From: Corallochytrium limacisporum Hawaii
Lineage: Eukaryota > Protista > Pluriformea
Assembly: GCA_002811645.1 (NCBI GenBank)
Contig: PDIP01000080.1
Location: 10,333-57,687, forward strand
Reading direction: 5' to 3'
Length of the DNA: 47,355 nt
Positions 11,138 through 20,841 of the stretch are shown in pieces. The notes beneath the pieces were generated by a model. The model saw only the letters and a list, made by a program, of their open reading frames with translations, was not told the DNA's origin and made no database searches. Numbering within the stretch: position 1 is the stretch's first letter; each line of letters begins with the position of its first letter. The position numbers and the translations under genes are program-made.

Positions 11138-13258
11138 ATGAGTGAGGGAGAATACAGCGCTTCCGGATTTGAGGTAGAGACAAGGACAGAATGGGATCTC
11201 TCCCCTACGGTTGTGGACGATGAGTTTGCCATTGACAGTCATGACTTTCAAGCAGAGCCGAATTCTGAAACCCGTGAAGAGTTCCCATCAACCACTCAAG
11301 TTTCCGCTACAAACATAACTGAAACTATGCGGTGCTCGATAGACGGCCGTATATACAAGTTTCTCGACGACGACAAGTATGCTTCCCGTTACGATGCCCC
11401 GCTTATGCCCCCTCCACCGAAAGAGTACGCACCTCACACCTGGAACGTAAAGAGCCCTATTCGAACAACCATTGCAAAGGGAATGGCCATCGGGCACATT
11501 ATCTCCGGTTGTTTTTACTTCTGGTACCGCATCAACAGCACGCTGGGGACGTTTGTGGCCACGAACGAGGCGGACGCTTCCAGGCGAGGTGAGGAACTCC
11601 CTACAGCTGAGTACGCTTACCAGATCATCTTCGTGATAATTGAGATTTATACATTCATCGTGGGTTTGTTTACGTTCCTGGAGCATTGGAACCCCATCGA
11701 GCGCGATGCCACTCCGTTATCAAAACTGACAGTACCTGTTCCAGAAACTGAATTGCCCACCATTGCTGTGTTCGTGCCGATCCACAAGGAACACACAGCC
11801 ATTGTGGAGTGTACGGTCCGGTCTGCGCTGAATATCAATTACCCCAAAGAACTGCTCACAGTCTACCTATGTGATGACGGGTACATGAAGGAAAATGCAG
11901 CCTTGGTCAAAAAACTGAACGCTATCGGATATGACAATCTACGCCATATGGTAGCTGACGGTAACAGTGACGGAAAGGCCGGGGTCTTGAACAATGCATT
12001 GATGCACACCAAGTCCGATTTAGTCCTCGTTTTCAATGCCGATTTCCGAGCCCATCCTGACTTCCTGGACAAAACCCTGCCGTACTTTTACGAATACGAC
12101 TACATCAACGACAGGATGGTGTTCAATACCCGTGTCGGATTTGTGCAGACTCCTCAGCTCTTCTTCAATGTCGATCAGCGTGAAGACCCTATGGACTGTA
12201 AGGCCACTCATTTCTTCGAGGTGATTTGCCCTTCCCGCGATGGTGTGAACTCTACCGCCTGTATCGGTACCAACTTCGTTGTCTCGCGCATGGCTTTGTC
12301 CGACATTGGCGGTTTCCCAACTTTCTCTGTTTCCGAAGATGCTGCGATGGGAATGCTTATGCAGTCCAAAGCTTACAAGGGCATCTACAGCGGAGAATAT
12401 CTGGCTGTTGGTATTTCTCCGACGACTCTGTGTGATGTCTTTCGTCAGCGTTCTCGTCAATGCAAAGGTACCTTGCAGATCATCTTTAGTCGCCAATACT
12501 CCCCTTTCTTTGTCAAGGGTCTCAACATGACTCAGCGCCTGATCTACATTGGGGCTGGTCTCGCGTACTCTGTGGCTTTCCTACACCTCTTTTTCATGGC
12601 TGCTCTGGGTATCTTCATTTTTGGTCAAATCCTACCGTTCGCTGTGAACGATATATTTGAGTTTGCTCTCAACATTGTACCCTACCTGGCCACGCAATTT
12701 CTCTATAAGACACTCGTCGGAGGTTTCACTAAGTCCAGTGCCATTTCCGCCCAAAACGCTTCCGTCTTCTCCCAGATGTTCCTGTACTATATTATGAGAA
12801 GTTGCAGCACTGTGGTCACAGGTACGGAGCTCTCCTTTGAGGGTCCCGACACGAAGGCTGGCAGCTCATACTGGACTGTTGTCCGCAACAACTGTCGTCA
12901 TATCTGGTTCAATGCAATGATTCTGCTGTACTGCGTAATCGTCATCATGTACGGTTTAGTGAATCCAGTGAACACCTATACCGAGACTGGTGAGCACGAC
13001 CAGGCTGGCGGTCTGCTAATGTATGTGTCCATTTCCATGGCTTTCTACTACATGATTCCACATATTGCTGCAGTGGTCGTAAGCTTTAAACCTACCAACT
13101 ACGCCAAGCCATCCATCTACTGGACTTCTTTCCTCGGCAACATGCAAAAGGTCTTCCTCATGTTAATATTTGTCCTAATTATGCTTCAGGGAGCAATTGT
13201 TTTTGCTGAAAGCGAGGCCACCTTTGGCTCCACTCAAAGGGTCTACAATGCCGTCTGA
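11138..13258 (+). CDS. CesA/BcsA-like GT2 paralog with degenerate catalytic motifs (probable pseudo-synthase)
   Basis: First ATG at 11138 (the ORF track starts at TTG 11111). Collinear with 5084-7114: CDDG, KAG, FVQTPQ, CIGTNFV, GGFPT, EYLA.G.SPTTL.D.FRQRSR. However DxD reads NAD, TED reads SED, QxxRW reads QRSRQ and FxVTxK reads FEGPDTK. Confidence 0.9.
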   Translation: MSEGEYSASGFEVETRTEWDLSPTVVDDEFAIDSHDFQAEPNSETREEFPSTTQVSATNITETMRCSIDGRIYKFLDDDKYASRYDAPLMPPPPKEYAPHTWNVKSPIRTTIAKGMAIGHIISGCFYFWYRINSTLGTFVATNEADASRRGEELPTAEYAYQIIFVIIEIYTFIVGLFTFLEHWNPIERDATPLSKLTVPVPETELPTIAVFVPIHKEHTAIVECTVRSALNINYPKELLTVYLCDDGYMKENAALVKKLNAIGYDNLRHMVADGNSDGKAGVLNNALMHTKSDLVLVFNADFRAHPDFLDKTLPYFYEYDYINDRMVFNTRVGFVQTPQLFFNVDQREDPMDCKATHFFEVICPSRDGVNSTACIGTNFVVSRMALSDIGGFPTFSVSEDAAMGMLMQSKAYKGIYSGEYLAVGISPTTLCDVFRQRSRQCKGTLQIIFSRQYSPFFVKGLNMTQRLIYIGAGLAYSVAFLHLFFMAALGIFIFGQILPFAVNDIFEFALNIVPYLATQFLYKTLVGGFTKSSAISAQNASVFSQMFLYYIMRSCSTVVTGTELSFEGPDTKAGSSYWTVVRNNCRHIWFNAMILLYCVIVIMYGLVNPVNTYTETGEHDQAGGLLMYVSISMAFYYMIPHIAAVVVSFKPTNYAKPSIYWTSFLGNMQKVFLMLIFVLIMLQGAIVFAESEATFGSTQRVYNAV

Positions 13259-13903
13259 AACATCGCCCTGGAAGCTGATATGATTTAACAATAGGAGCAA
13301 AAGAGGAATATAATCGTGCCAGCATAGGCATCTTTTCTATAGCCAATATTACACTATGTAGCATATTGCTTCGTACTACCTATGAGTCCATACCTCGATC
13401 CCTACGCGTTTCGTCAAGTACACAAACAACACGCGGCGTCAGCCTAAATTCTGGGTACCTCCTTTAGGAATTCACATAGGATGAACAACAATTGCAAAGT
13501 TAGAATATTGATTTGATTTGCCAACCAGCCCTCTCAGTGTTTGGAGAGAGGGACAGATTTCCTAAGCCAACTTCCCTCTAGCCTCAACGCCCGAAAAATG
13601 ACCGAGGTCTGTAGCCCCTGACGAGCCTAAGGGAACCTATACCATAGTGGGTCTACTGTGCGCTTTGCTGAGTCAACACGTCCCTCCCAAAACTTGGGCA
13701 CACAGGATAAAGTGGCAGGGAAGGGGGGGGGGGGCCAAGATTACGGGTTCGTCCGGAGTTGGCCAACCTTGCCGCGTTGGGGGGGGAGGGAAAGGGGGGA
13801 CAACACCAAAAGTGGTGTCAGGGAAAGGGGCCCTTCAGTCCAAGTGCATCTGCCACCGTCACCCCTCATTAACATGTATGATGTGGTGATGTCAAGGTCT
13901 ACG

Positions 13904-13909
13904 TATAAA
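13904..13909 (+). promoter_or_regulatory. Candidate TATA box for P3-GH9
   Basis: TATAAA about 160 nt upstream of the ATG at 14068. Confidence 0.25.
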
Positions 13910-14067
13910 TTTTGATATGGTGTCAATATTTATGGAAAAGTCAATGTGTATGATCATATTTCAGAACCGGCACTAGACTGTATCAGTATGATTGGATCGG
14001 CGGACTAGCTCGTACGGTTTCTCTGATCAGGATTCGGAAAGAGCTCGAGATAGATAGACAAGCCAAA

Positions 14068-17000
14068 ATGGTTCGTCCTCAAGATCAGGAAGACAGTGTA
14101 GTCTCCATGGGTACTACCATGACTTCGGTCAATGAACCTGAGTCAAAGACCGACAATGAAGTCTCTGAGACTGACACGTTAAAGAAGAACAGTGAGCGGC
14201 CCCATTGGCTCGGCTGGCTGAAGACAATTGCTGCAGCAGTTTCCCTTTTGTTCATTGTCATTATGCTTGTGATTAACCTGCTCACCTGGGTTAACATCAG
14301 CAAGCGTCTATCCGTGGCATCCGTTCAAGCTGCGGACGTTTCAGTACAAAGTTTTCAGATTGTCAACCCGGATCGTGATCATCTGACCCTCCGTACCCAG
14401 CTGCAGGTACGCAACCCTGGAACACAGTCCCTTCTTCTGCAGGAAAGCGATGTTGAAATCTATGATGAAACCTCCGGATACTTAATCGGTACCTACGAAT
14501 TTCCTGCCTTTGCACTTGGCGCTGCCTCCACCTCTGTGGTGAACATTGAGGGCGAGCTGCGCATTGCAGACTCCGAATTAATGACCTCGCAGCTTCACCA
14601 CCTGTACAAGGGCACAGACTTGCGCTGGCGCTTCCGTGCCCCCAAAGTTCCAACCCTGGTCAACTCGGCCCTAGCCATTGGTGCTTCGACTTCCTCAAAT
14701 ATTGACAAAGTTGTAACTTTGCAAGGCGGCGACGAATCTGTGTTCTATGCCCGCAATCTGGAATTGACCGCCGGTACTGGACACTATGTGAACATAACCG
14801 CCACAGTACTTATCGATGAAACTATGCCCTACGCAACACTGATTGACAAAGTGGAAACCACCTTCGACCTTGAGGTTGAGGGCCGTAACGGGCCAGAATC
14901 TCGGGTCAAGATTGGCACAATTACTTTCCCGGAGGTTGCATTTGGGGTGCAGCGGGCTTTCTTCCACGATGTTACCATTCAGCTCATGCACCTTACAGCC
15001 GTTAACTCGGGCTCTGGTCGGAGACAGGGCACGTCCAATGTTCCAGACCACAACGAATATGTTGCTGACCTTTTTGGAGACTTGCTCGCTGCTCGTGAGG
15101 TCAATATGCACATGGTTGGTCCCGTGGAAGGATTCCGCGCTCCTTACTTTGTTGGAATTGTGGATAGTGTGCTCAATATGAAGCTCGGAAGCATCGATGT
15201 TGAGGAGATTCTGTCTGGCCAGACCGTACGAGATCGACAGCACGGTGGCAGTCGCAAAGACCAGTCCCTAACCAACAACAACGGTTTGATTGTTGAAGAT
15301 AGCAGTAATTTACGGGACACAGATGCTGACGCAGCACTACCAATATTGATAAAAGCCACCACTCTGGAATCAGGTAAGGCGGTGGATCTCAATGGTGCTG
15401 ATGATGATGAGCAAATTGACACGAGCACAGTTGACAAGAATGCAATCCTTGTTCCACTCAACGACCCTGTTTGGACCAAGATGACCCTCGCCTTCCGCAA
15501 TCAACTTAACAAGCCCATCCACTACCAATTCACACGTGTCCGCGTACATTCAGTGTACCCCACAGGGTTCACCTACGATGCTAATGATAGTGGTGGTGTC
15601 TTCCTAGGCGCCGATGCCGAGGAGTGCGAGTCCCAGTCTGACTTCGGCTCATTGATTGTGGCTCAGGGCTCTTCTGGTACTCTGGAGCCCAACGCCTTTG
15701 GCTCTGTTGACTTTGGTCTCAGCCCTCTGGAGAGTGACAAGTGTATTCGGCACCGCATCGATGCTGCTTGCTGTGCTTTGAATTACGGTGGTCACGAGAT
15801 TCAGTCAATACCTCTCGATGTGACCCTGAAATTTATCATGCGCTACGAAGCCTTTGCCGTGCCGGTCTCTCTGCGTGTTACCAACCTGCCCATGCATTGT
15901 GCTTCCAATACCGTCTGGTTTAGTAATATTTGCCAGAAGCGTGTCACCGGAACTTGTTTCACTGCTCACCACGGACAGACATGTGACTCTCAAACTAAAG
16001 TTCAGCTCGGACCTTACGGTATTGTCTCCGGTGGCAGGGTCCACGAGGGCAGCTCTGACATTGAGATCATTGACCGCACTGGGGAAATTGATGAGCTGGC
16101 ATTTAATGAGCTCGAATTCACTGGCGGTATCTGTGAAGGTCAAGGTAGTGACCAGTACGGGTTTGGTTACCTGTACCCCTCCGATGAATGTGTCGAGTGG
16201 GCCAACTCTGTCAATTCCACTGATCTTGCAGGATACGGATGCCACCAAAATCTCAGAACTCTGGAAGTTTGTGGACGGTGCTGGATCCCTGAGCGTCATT
16301 TTGGCGTTATCCCCGAAAATACCAGGATCTGTCCAGAGAATATCTATCGCCGGTACAGCATAGACCCCTCGCCGGATGCTGATCTCACACCTGGTACAAA
16401 GCTGACAAAACGCGCTGCGGGGTTGATTGGTCCCGAGTCCCTTATCAACCAAGGCATTGACCAGCAGTGTACTCGTACGGGTTTTCCTAGCCTGCTGCAG
16501 ATGGGCTTTTACGCCTGGCAGGCTCAGTACAGCGGGGAACTGCCCCGAGACTACATGGTGCCTTGGCGCCAGACCACAGGAATGCAGAATTTGTACGCCG
16601 GACCTGGTAGTGCTTACAACCTGTCTGGTGGTCTTTTTGATGGAGGTGATGGACGTAAAAGTACTGGTCCCATGGCCTTCGGTGTCACCATGCTTGCTTG
16701 GTCTGGTATTGAGAACCGAAATGCATACGTGAAGACTGGTCAGATGAACATGCTTCTGCAGGGTGTGCACCATACAGTGGAGTACCTCATGGAATGCTCT
16801 AAGAACATAAAAGGTACGGCCGAAACCGGTCTCTTGCGTGAACTGGTTGTGATGGTTGGTAACCCGGACTACTACAACTCTGTCTGGGAGCGCAATGAGA
16901 ATGTCATGAAGTACCACTTGATTGCTAATGAAGAGGATGAGGTGATGACTGCCATGCCTCTGCGGCCTGCCGCGGATGTTGCTGCTGATGTGGCTGCTGC

Positions 17001-17946
17001 GCTGACTGCCGCCGCCATGTTATACCGCAACGAGAACTACAATACGGATCTGGCCCGGGAAATGGACGAACGTGCCCTGGATCTCCTGCAGTTTGCGCAT
17101 GAGTACCCGGGCAACGCTGACCAATCTTTCCCTGCTATCGAAAGCACCTACAAGAATGCCGATTATATGGATGAGATTGCATGGGCCCTATCCTGGTTTG
17201 AGTTCGCTGATACCCACAAGGAGCTGAGAGATGACCTCCGTGGAATGTATTTGGAGAACACTTCAGACGAAGACGCTTACTTGAACTGGGATAGCAAATG
17301 GCTGGGGGTGCGGGCTCTTCAGGCATTGGCTCGCGGTCGCGACGACCCCGGTTCAGTCCAGTCTGTGGTAAATCAGATTATGCACTGGATCTACATGCAC
17401 CCTAATCTCGGCACTGAGCCGCTTCTTCAAGATCTCATCGAGGTCGTTCCCAGCGAGGTGACTGGCCAGCTTAACAACGTTCCCTACACTCCTGGTGGTA
17501 TGTCCTACCCGGAAAGCTTCTCAACTCTGCCGAGTGTCGCGGCGGCAAGTTTCGTTGCCAACGTTCTGGCGACCCAGATTGAGACAGTTGGTGGTCTAGC
17601 AGACGATGCCACAATCGCAGCCGGTCTGCGATTCTGGGCTCGTAACCAGTTTGACTACATCACAGGTCAGAACCCTGAGAGCATTTCTCTGATTGTGGGC
17701 TACACTGAGAATTACCCTCTCCGTTTGCTTCACCGGGGATCGTCCTGCCCCTCTGACGGCGCAGAGTGTGATATGAGCGTCGCTGATGACCCTGCAGCGG
17801 ATGTCAATCCAATCTATGGTATGATGATAGAAGGTATTAATGCTGATGATACGTACAGCGCCGCTGTTCGCAAGGATTCAACCTCCCATGGACAGGGCGC
17901 CTGGATGGCACTACTGGCATCCACTATTGAGACGTGCGTCGTATGA
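14068..17946 (+). CDS. Type II membrane protein: LEA_2/DUF3712-like repeats + Cys module + C-terminal GH9 endoglucanase-like domain (cluster protein P3-GH9)
   Basis: 1292 aa. TM segment IAAAVSLLFIVIMLVINLLTWV, LEA_2-like LQVRNPG...IGTYEFPAF, and Cys motif CIRHRIDAACC...CASNTVWFSNIC. From about 16490 there are GH9 signatures: AQYSGELP..VPWR, NLSGGLFDGGDGRKSTGPMAFGVTMLAW, ADVAAALTAAAMLY, YMDEIAWA, LNWDSKWLG, TPGG, QFDYITGQNP..SLIVGY, HRGSSCP. Confidence 0.9.
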   Translation: MVRPQDQEDSVVSMGTTMTSVNEPESKTDNEVSETDTLKKNSERPHWLGWLKTIAAAVSLLFIVIMLVINLLTWVNISKRLSVASVQAADVSVQSFQIVNPDRDHLTLRTQLQVRNPGTQSLLLQESDVEIYDETSGYLIGTYEFPAFALGAASTSVVNIEGELRIADSELMTSQLHHLYKGTDLRWRFRAPKVPTLVNSALAIGASTSSNIDKVVTLQGGDESVFYARNLELTAGTGHYVNITATVLIDETMPYATLIDKVETTFDLEVEGRNGPESRVKIGTITFPEVAFGVQRAFFHDVTIQLMHLTAVNSGSGRRQGTSNVPDHNEYVADLFGDLLAAREVNMHMVGPVEGFRAPYFVGIVDSVLNMKLGSIDVEEILSGQTVRDRQHGGSRKDQSLTNNNGLIVEDSSNLRDTDADAALPILIKATTLESGKAVDLNGADDDEQIDTSTVDKNAILVPLNDPVWTKMTLAFRNQLNKPIHYQFTRVRVHSVYPTGFTYDANDSGGVFLGADAEECESQSDFGSLIVAQGSSGTLEPNAFGSVDFGLSPLESDKCIRHRIDAACCALNYGGHEIQSIPLDVTLKFIMRYEAFAVPVSLRVTNLPMHCASNTVWFSNICQKRVTGTCFTAHHGQTCDSQTKVQLGPYGIVSGGRVHEGSSDIEIIDRTGEIDELAFNELEFTGGICEGQGSDQYGFGYLYPSDECVEWANSVNSTDLAGYGCHQNLRTLEVCGRCWIPERHFGVIPENTRICPENIYRRYSIDPSPDADLTPGTKLTKRAAGLIGPESLINQGIDQQCTRTGFPSLLQMGFYAWQAQYSGELPRDYMVPWRQTTGMQNLYAGPGSAYNLSGGLFDGGDGRKSTGPMAFGVTMLAWSGIENRNAYVKTGQMNMLLQGVHHTVEYLMECSKNIKGTAETGLLRELVVMVGNPDYYNSVWERNENVMKYHLIANEEDEVMTAMPLRPAADVAADVAAALTAAAMLYRNENYNTDLAREMDERALDLLQFAHEYPGNADQSFPAIESTYKNADYMDEIAWALSWFEFADTHKELRDDLRGMYLENTSDEDAYLNWDSKWLGVRALQALARGRDDPGSVQSVVNQIMHWIYMHPNLGTEPLLQDLIEVVPSEVTGQLNNVPYTPGGMSYPESFSTLPSVAAASFVANVLATQIETVGGLADDATIAAGLRFWARNQFDYITGQNPESISLIVGYTENYPLRLLHRGSSCPSDGAECDMSVADDPAADVNPIYGMMIEGINADDTYSAAVRKDSTSHGQGAWMALLASTIETCVV

Positions 17947-18241
17947 ACAGCAACTTCGTCACAAAATGAATACTAGTAAACTCCATACTCAACACTTTGG
18001 TTAACCTTGTAGACTTTAAGAACTGTACTGGTGGTACCACTTTCATTGTGACCAACACATGATTTCCACAGAGTAGGCCTACTAGCATCCATTCTGATAT
18101 GATCGTTTACCAAGCTACGAACTTTATTCATGGACAAGCAAAAATGTGTTTATACGAATGACATGGATGGAATGAAAATGACATATGCAGAGGCACACAG
18201 CCCAGCTGCGAGATGGATTTCTTGGATACTTATAATGATGC

Positions 18242-18979
18242 CTATGCGATGAACATGCTGACTATCAAAGCCAAAAAAAGACTTGTCCACAGACCGAATC
18301 GATGCATCAAGGCTACAGAGTTAGATGGCAGGGAGAATACAGGCTTAAACTCGGGCTTGAACTGGTCGAACTCGCTCATCTTGATCATAATGTAGTATTC
18401 GTTTTCCTCAACAAACTTCAGAGTGATCGGGTTATTCCATAGGTATCCGTTGCCATCGGCGTCAAAGACCCAGAGCTCTCGTGGAAAGTTGCTGCTGATC
18501 TCTAAGCAGCCCTCTTTGTAACGGTTCGGCGGGATACTATCAGTCACAGGGATCAGCTCACGCCACAGATTCTTGGATTGGGGATGAATCATGAAGGGAC
18601 TGTCATTGAAAATGCCAATTTTCATAGTGACGTCACTACGACCAACACACTCATCAATGATGTCCGTATCATGTAGACGCCCAATCTGGTTCATATCTAC
18701 GGGTTTAAAAACTGTAGTCCAGTCGTCCATATCGTCGGCGTTGTACAGAAGGTTAATGTCATAGCGGACCCCATTACTAGTGTCTCCCTCGGAGACAGAG
18801 CTTTTCTTTTCTTGATCCAGAAGATCTATGAGCAAGGCGGACAAGTCCTTATCAGGAAGGGCGTCGATCTGACTCCGGGTTTCCTGTTCATTACTGGCAG
18901 CATCTTCCACCGCTTGGGCAGCACTCATGCCGGCGAGCGAGACAGATGCAACCACGGCAGGGTAAAGAACAAAGACCAT
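18242..18979 (-). CDS. Secreted protein of unknown function, putatively GPI-anchored or C-tail anchored
   Basis: 245 aa. N-terminal signal-like MVFVLYPAVVASVSLAGMSAAQA. Hydrophobic extreme C-terminus (FGLWTSLFLALIVSMFIA) preceded by small residues (SNS). Confidence 0.72.
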   Translation of the reverse strand: MVFVLYPAVVASVSLAGMSAAQAVEDAASNEQETRSQIDALPDKDLSALLIDLLDQEKKSSVSEGDTSNGVRYDINLLYNADDMDDWTTVFKPVDMNQIGRLHDTDIIDECVGRSDVTMKIGIFNDSPFMIHPQSKNLWRELIPVTDSIPPNRYKEGCLEISSNFPRELWVFDADGNGYLWNNPITLKFVEENEYYIMIKMSEFDQFKPEFKPVFSLPSNSVALMHRFGLWTSLFLALIVSMFIA

Positions 18980-20841
18980 GGTGATCCGATTGCTTGTTTA
19001 CTTTGCAAAGTTTGATAGACCCGTTGAGAAGTACCACCTGCTTTTGAACCTTAGCTTTGTTTTAGGGAGTTCTGGAACAACTGTGACTACCAGTGCAGAC
19101 CTACGAAGAAGCCACTAAATGTAGCTTTCAAGTACCAAGCGACTAGTTCCTGGCTCTAACCATGCTTCACATAAAACCAATATATAGATGTAATCGATCT
19201 GGGCATGTGCGTTGTGACTGTAAGGAAAAGGAAGACAAGCTCCTTCTCTCGGCGGTGATGATGTTTCCATTGAAGTGTTCTGTCCATGACCGTCCCCCCC
19301 CCCCCTCTGGGCTTTCCGCTCAATATCCCCCGGAGCCGGTGATGCAAAAGTCCGTGGATGTTTGACCATTTTTGCCACTTGCTCCACTGCAGCGGCACCG
19401 ACACTTCACTCAATTGACGCACCAAACGACCAACACTTTCCCCGTGGCAAAGAAGAATGTGTGAGGCATGCAAAAAAACATGGCAGACTATAAGAAAAAA
19501 CTCATCGTAGGTGTGTATGTTGGCGGGAGGAACTTCCTGCCCGCTGCTGGTGATAACATTGCTTTGCGCAGAGAGAGACCGTTAAGGCCGTTAAGGCAAA
19601 CAGAATTGATCAGTTTCTCTTCCTGGAGAGTAGGTTGCCCCTGATTCTTACTGAACATGTAAACAAAACCCCATACGCACGCAAGAGACAAAAAGGTGCG
19701 GCCAGGGTCAACGGTGAGGTTGGTTCACCAAACACACACGGACAACCCCACATCTGCGAAGCTGGGGAACCCCGGCCCCCAGTACTTCGCCGGCCGTGCG
19801 CAGCAAAAGGCAGGAGAAGGGGTTTTTGGCCCCGTAACCAGCGCCCTCCCGGGAGGGGGTTGGCCCTCTCGGCCCACCTTTGTCCTCGGCCTCCGCACTT
19901 TTAAGGAAATTTAGAATATTGATTAATAATAAGCGATATCCCTGCTTCGTTAGCCCGCAGGGACACTGCCTAACGCCGAGGCACGTCGCCGGATTGGGGT
20001 TGTTGGTACTGAAGAAAGACCTGGGCAATTAGTATTTTCTTCTATTTGAAATACCGGACGGGCCTGGAAGAAGAACGCCTAGCCTGCTCTTCACCTGATT
20101 AGTATGACGTTCAAATACTTCGTGCGGGTGACTTCACTGGTCATTCTTGGTGCCACTTGTCACTGGGCATGTCATGCACTCTGCTTGGCCTGCCATCATT
20201 GTTTTCTATAGTCTTAGGTGGATCTGGGGATGATATGATCGGGGACGCAGAGGCTTGAATGAACAATTTTGCAAACAGAAGATCGGTTGGACCATGGGAC
20301 AACACAAATTCCCCAGTTGTTTGCCATAATCCCCGCCGTGTTCTTAATTGCGCACCTGGAGCAGTCAGACCCTGCGAGACCACTGGATATCCCATGCTCT
20401 TTCCTCGTTCGCCGATCGCAAACAATTTGGACTGCCGCTGTAAGCCACGGTGAGTGAGGACCGGGCGGGCTAAGATCGCGCAGCGAACGAAATAGAAAAG
20501 ACAGAGAGGGAAGGCAACGGGGGCCCAATCCAGGGATCACGGGCCAACTCAACCAGCCCACCCCCACCCACAAGGGCTCAACCCCGCTGTTCTGGGGTCA
20601 CCCTCCTCCCCGAAATTCCAAATATGTGGCCCCTGGAAAGTTTCTTGCCCTAAGGGGACCAAGTAGATTTCGGCCCGCATTCGCAGTGCGATCCCTGAGG
20701 GACGGGTGCGGACGGGAGCACGCGTAGGGTTGCGGAAGGAAAACTGGGGGGATTCAGTGCGCACAAATTAAACAAGTTATGGTGTCTCGAAATATAGCAT
20801 TGTATTGAATACTAGGTGAGGACCGGGCGGGGCAGACGGGA

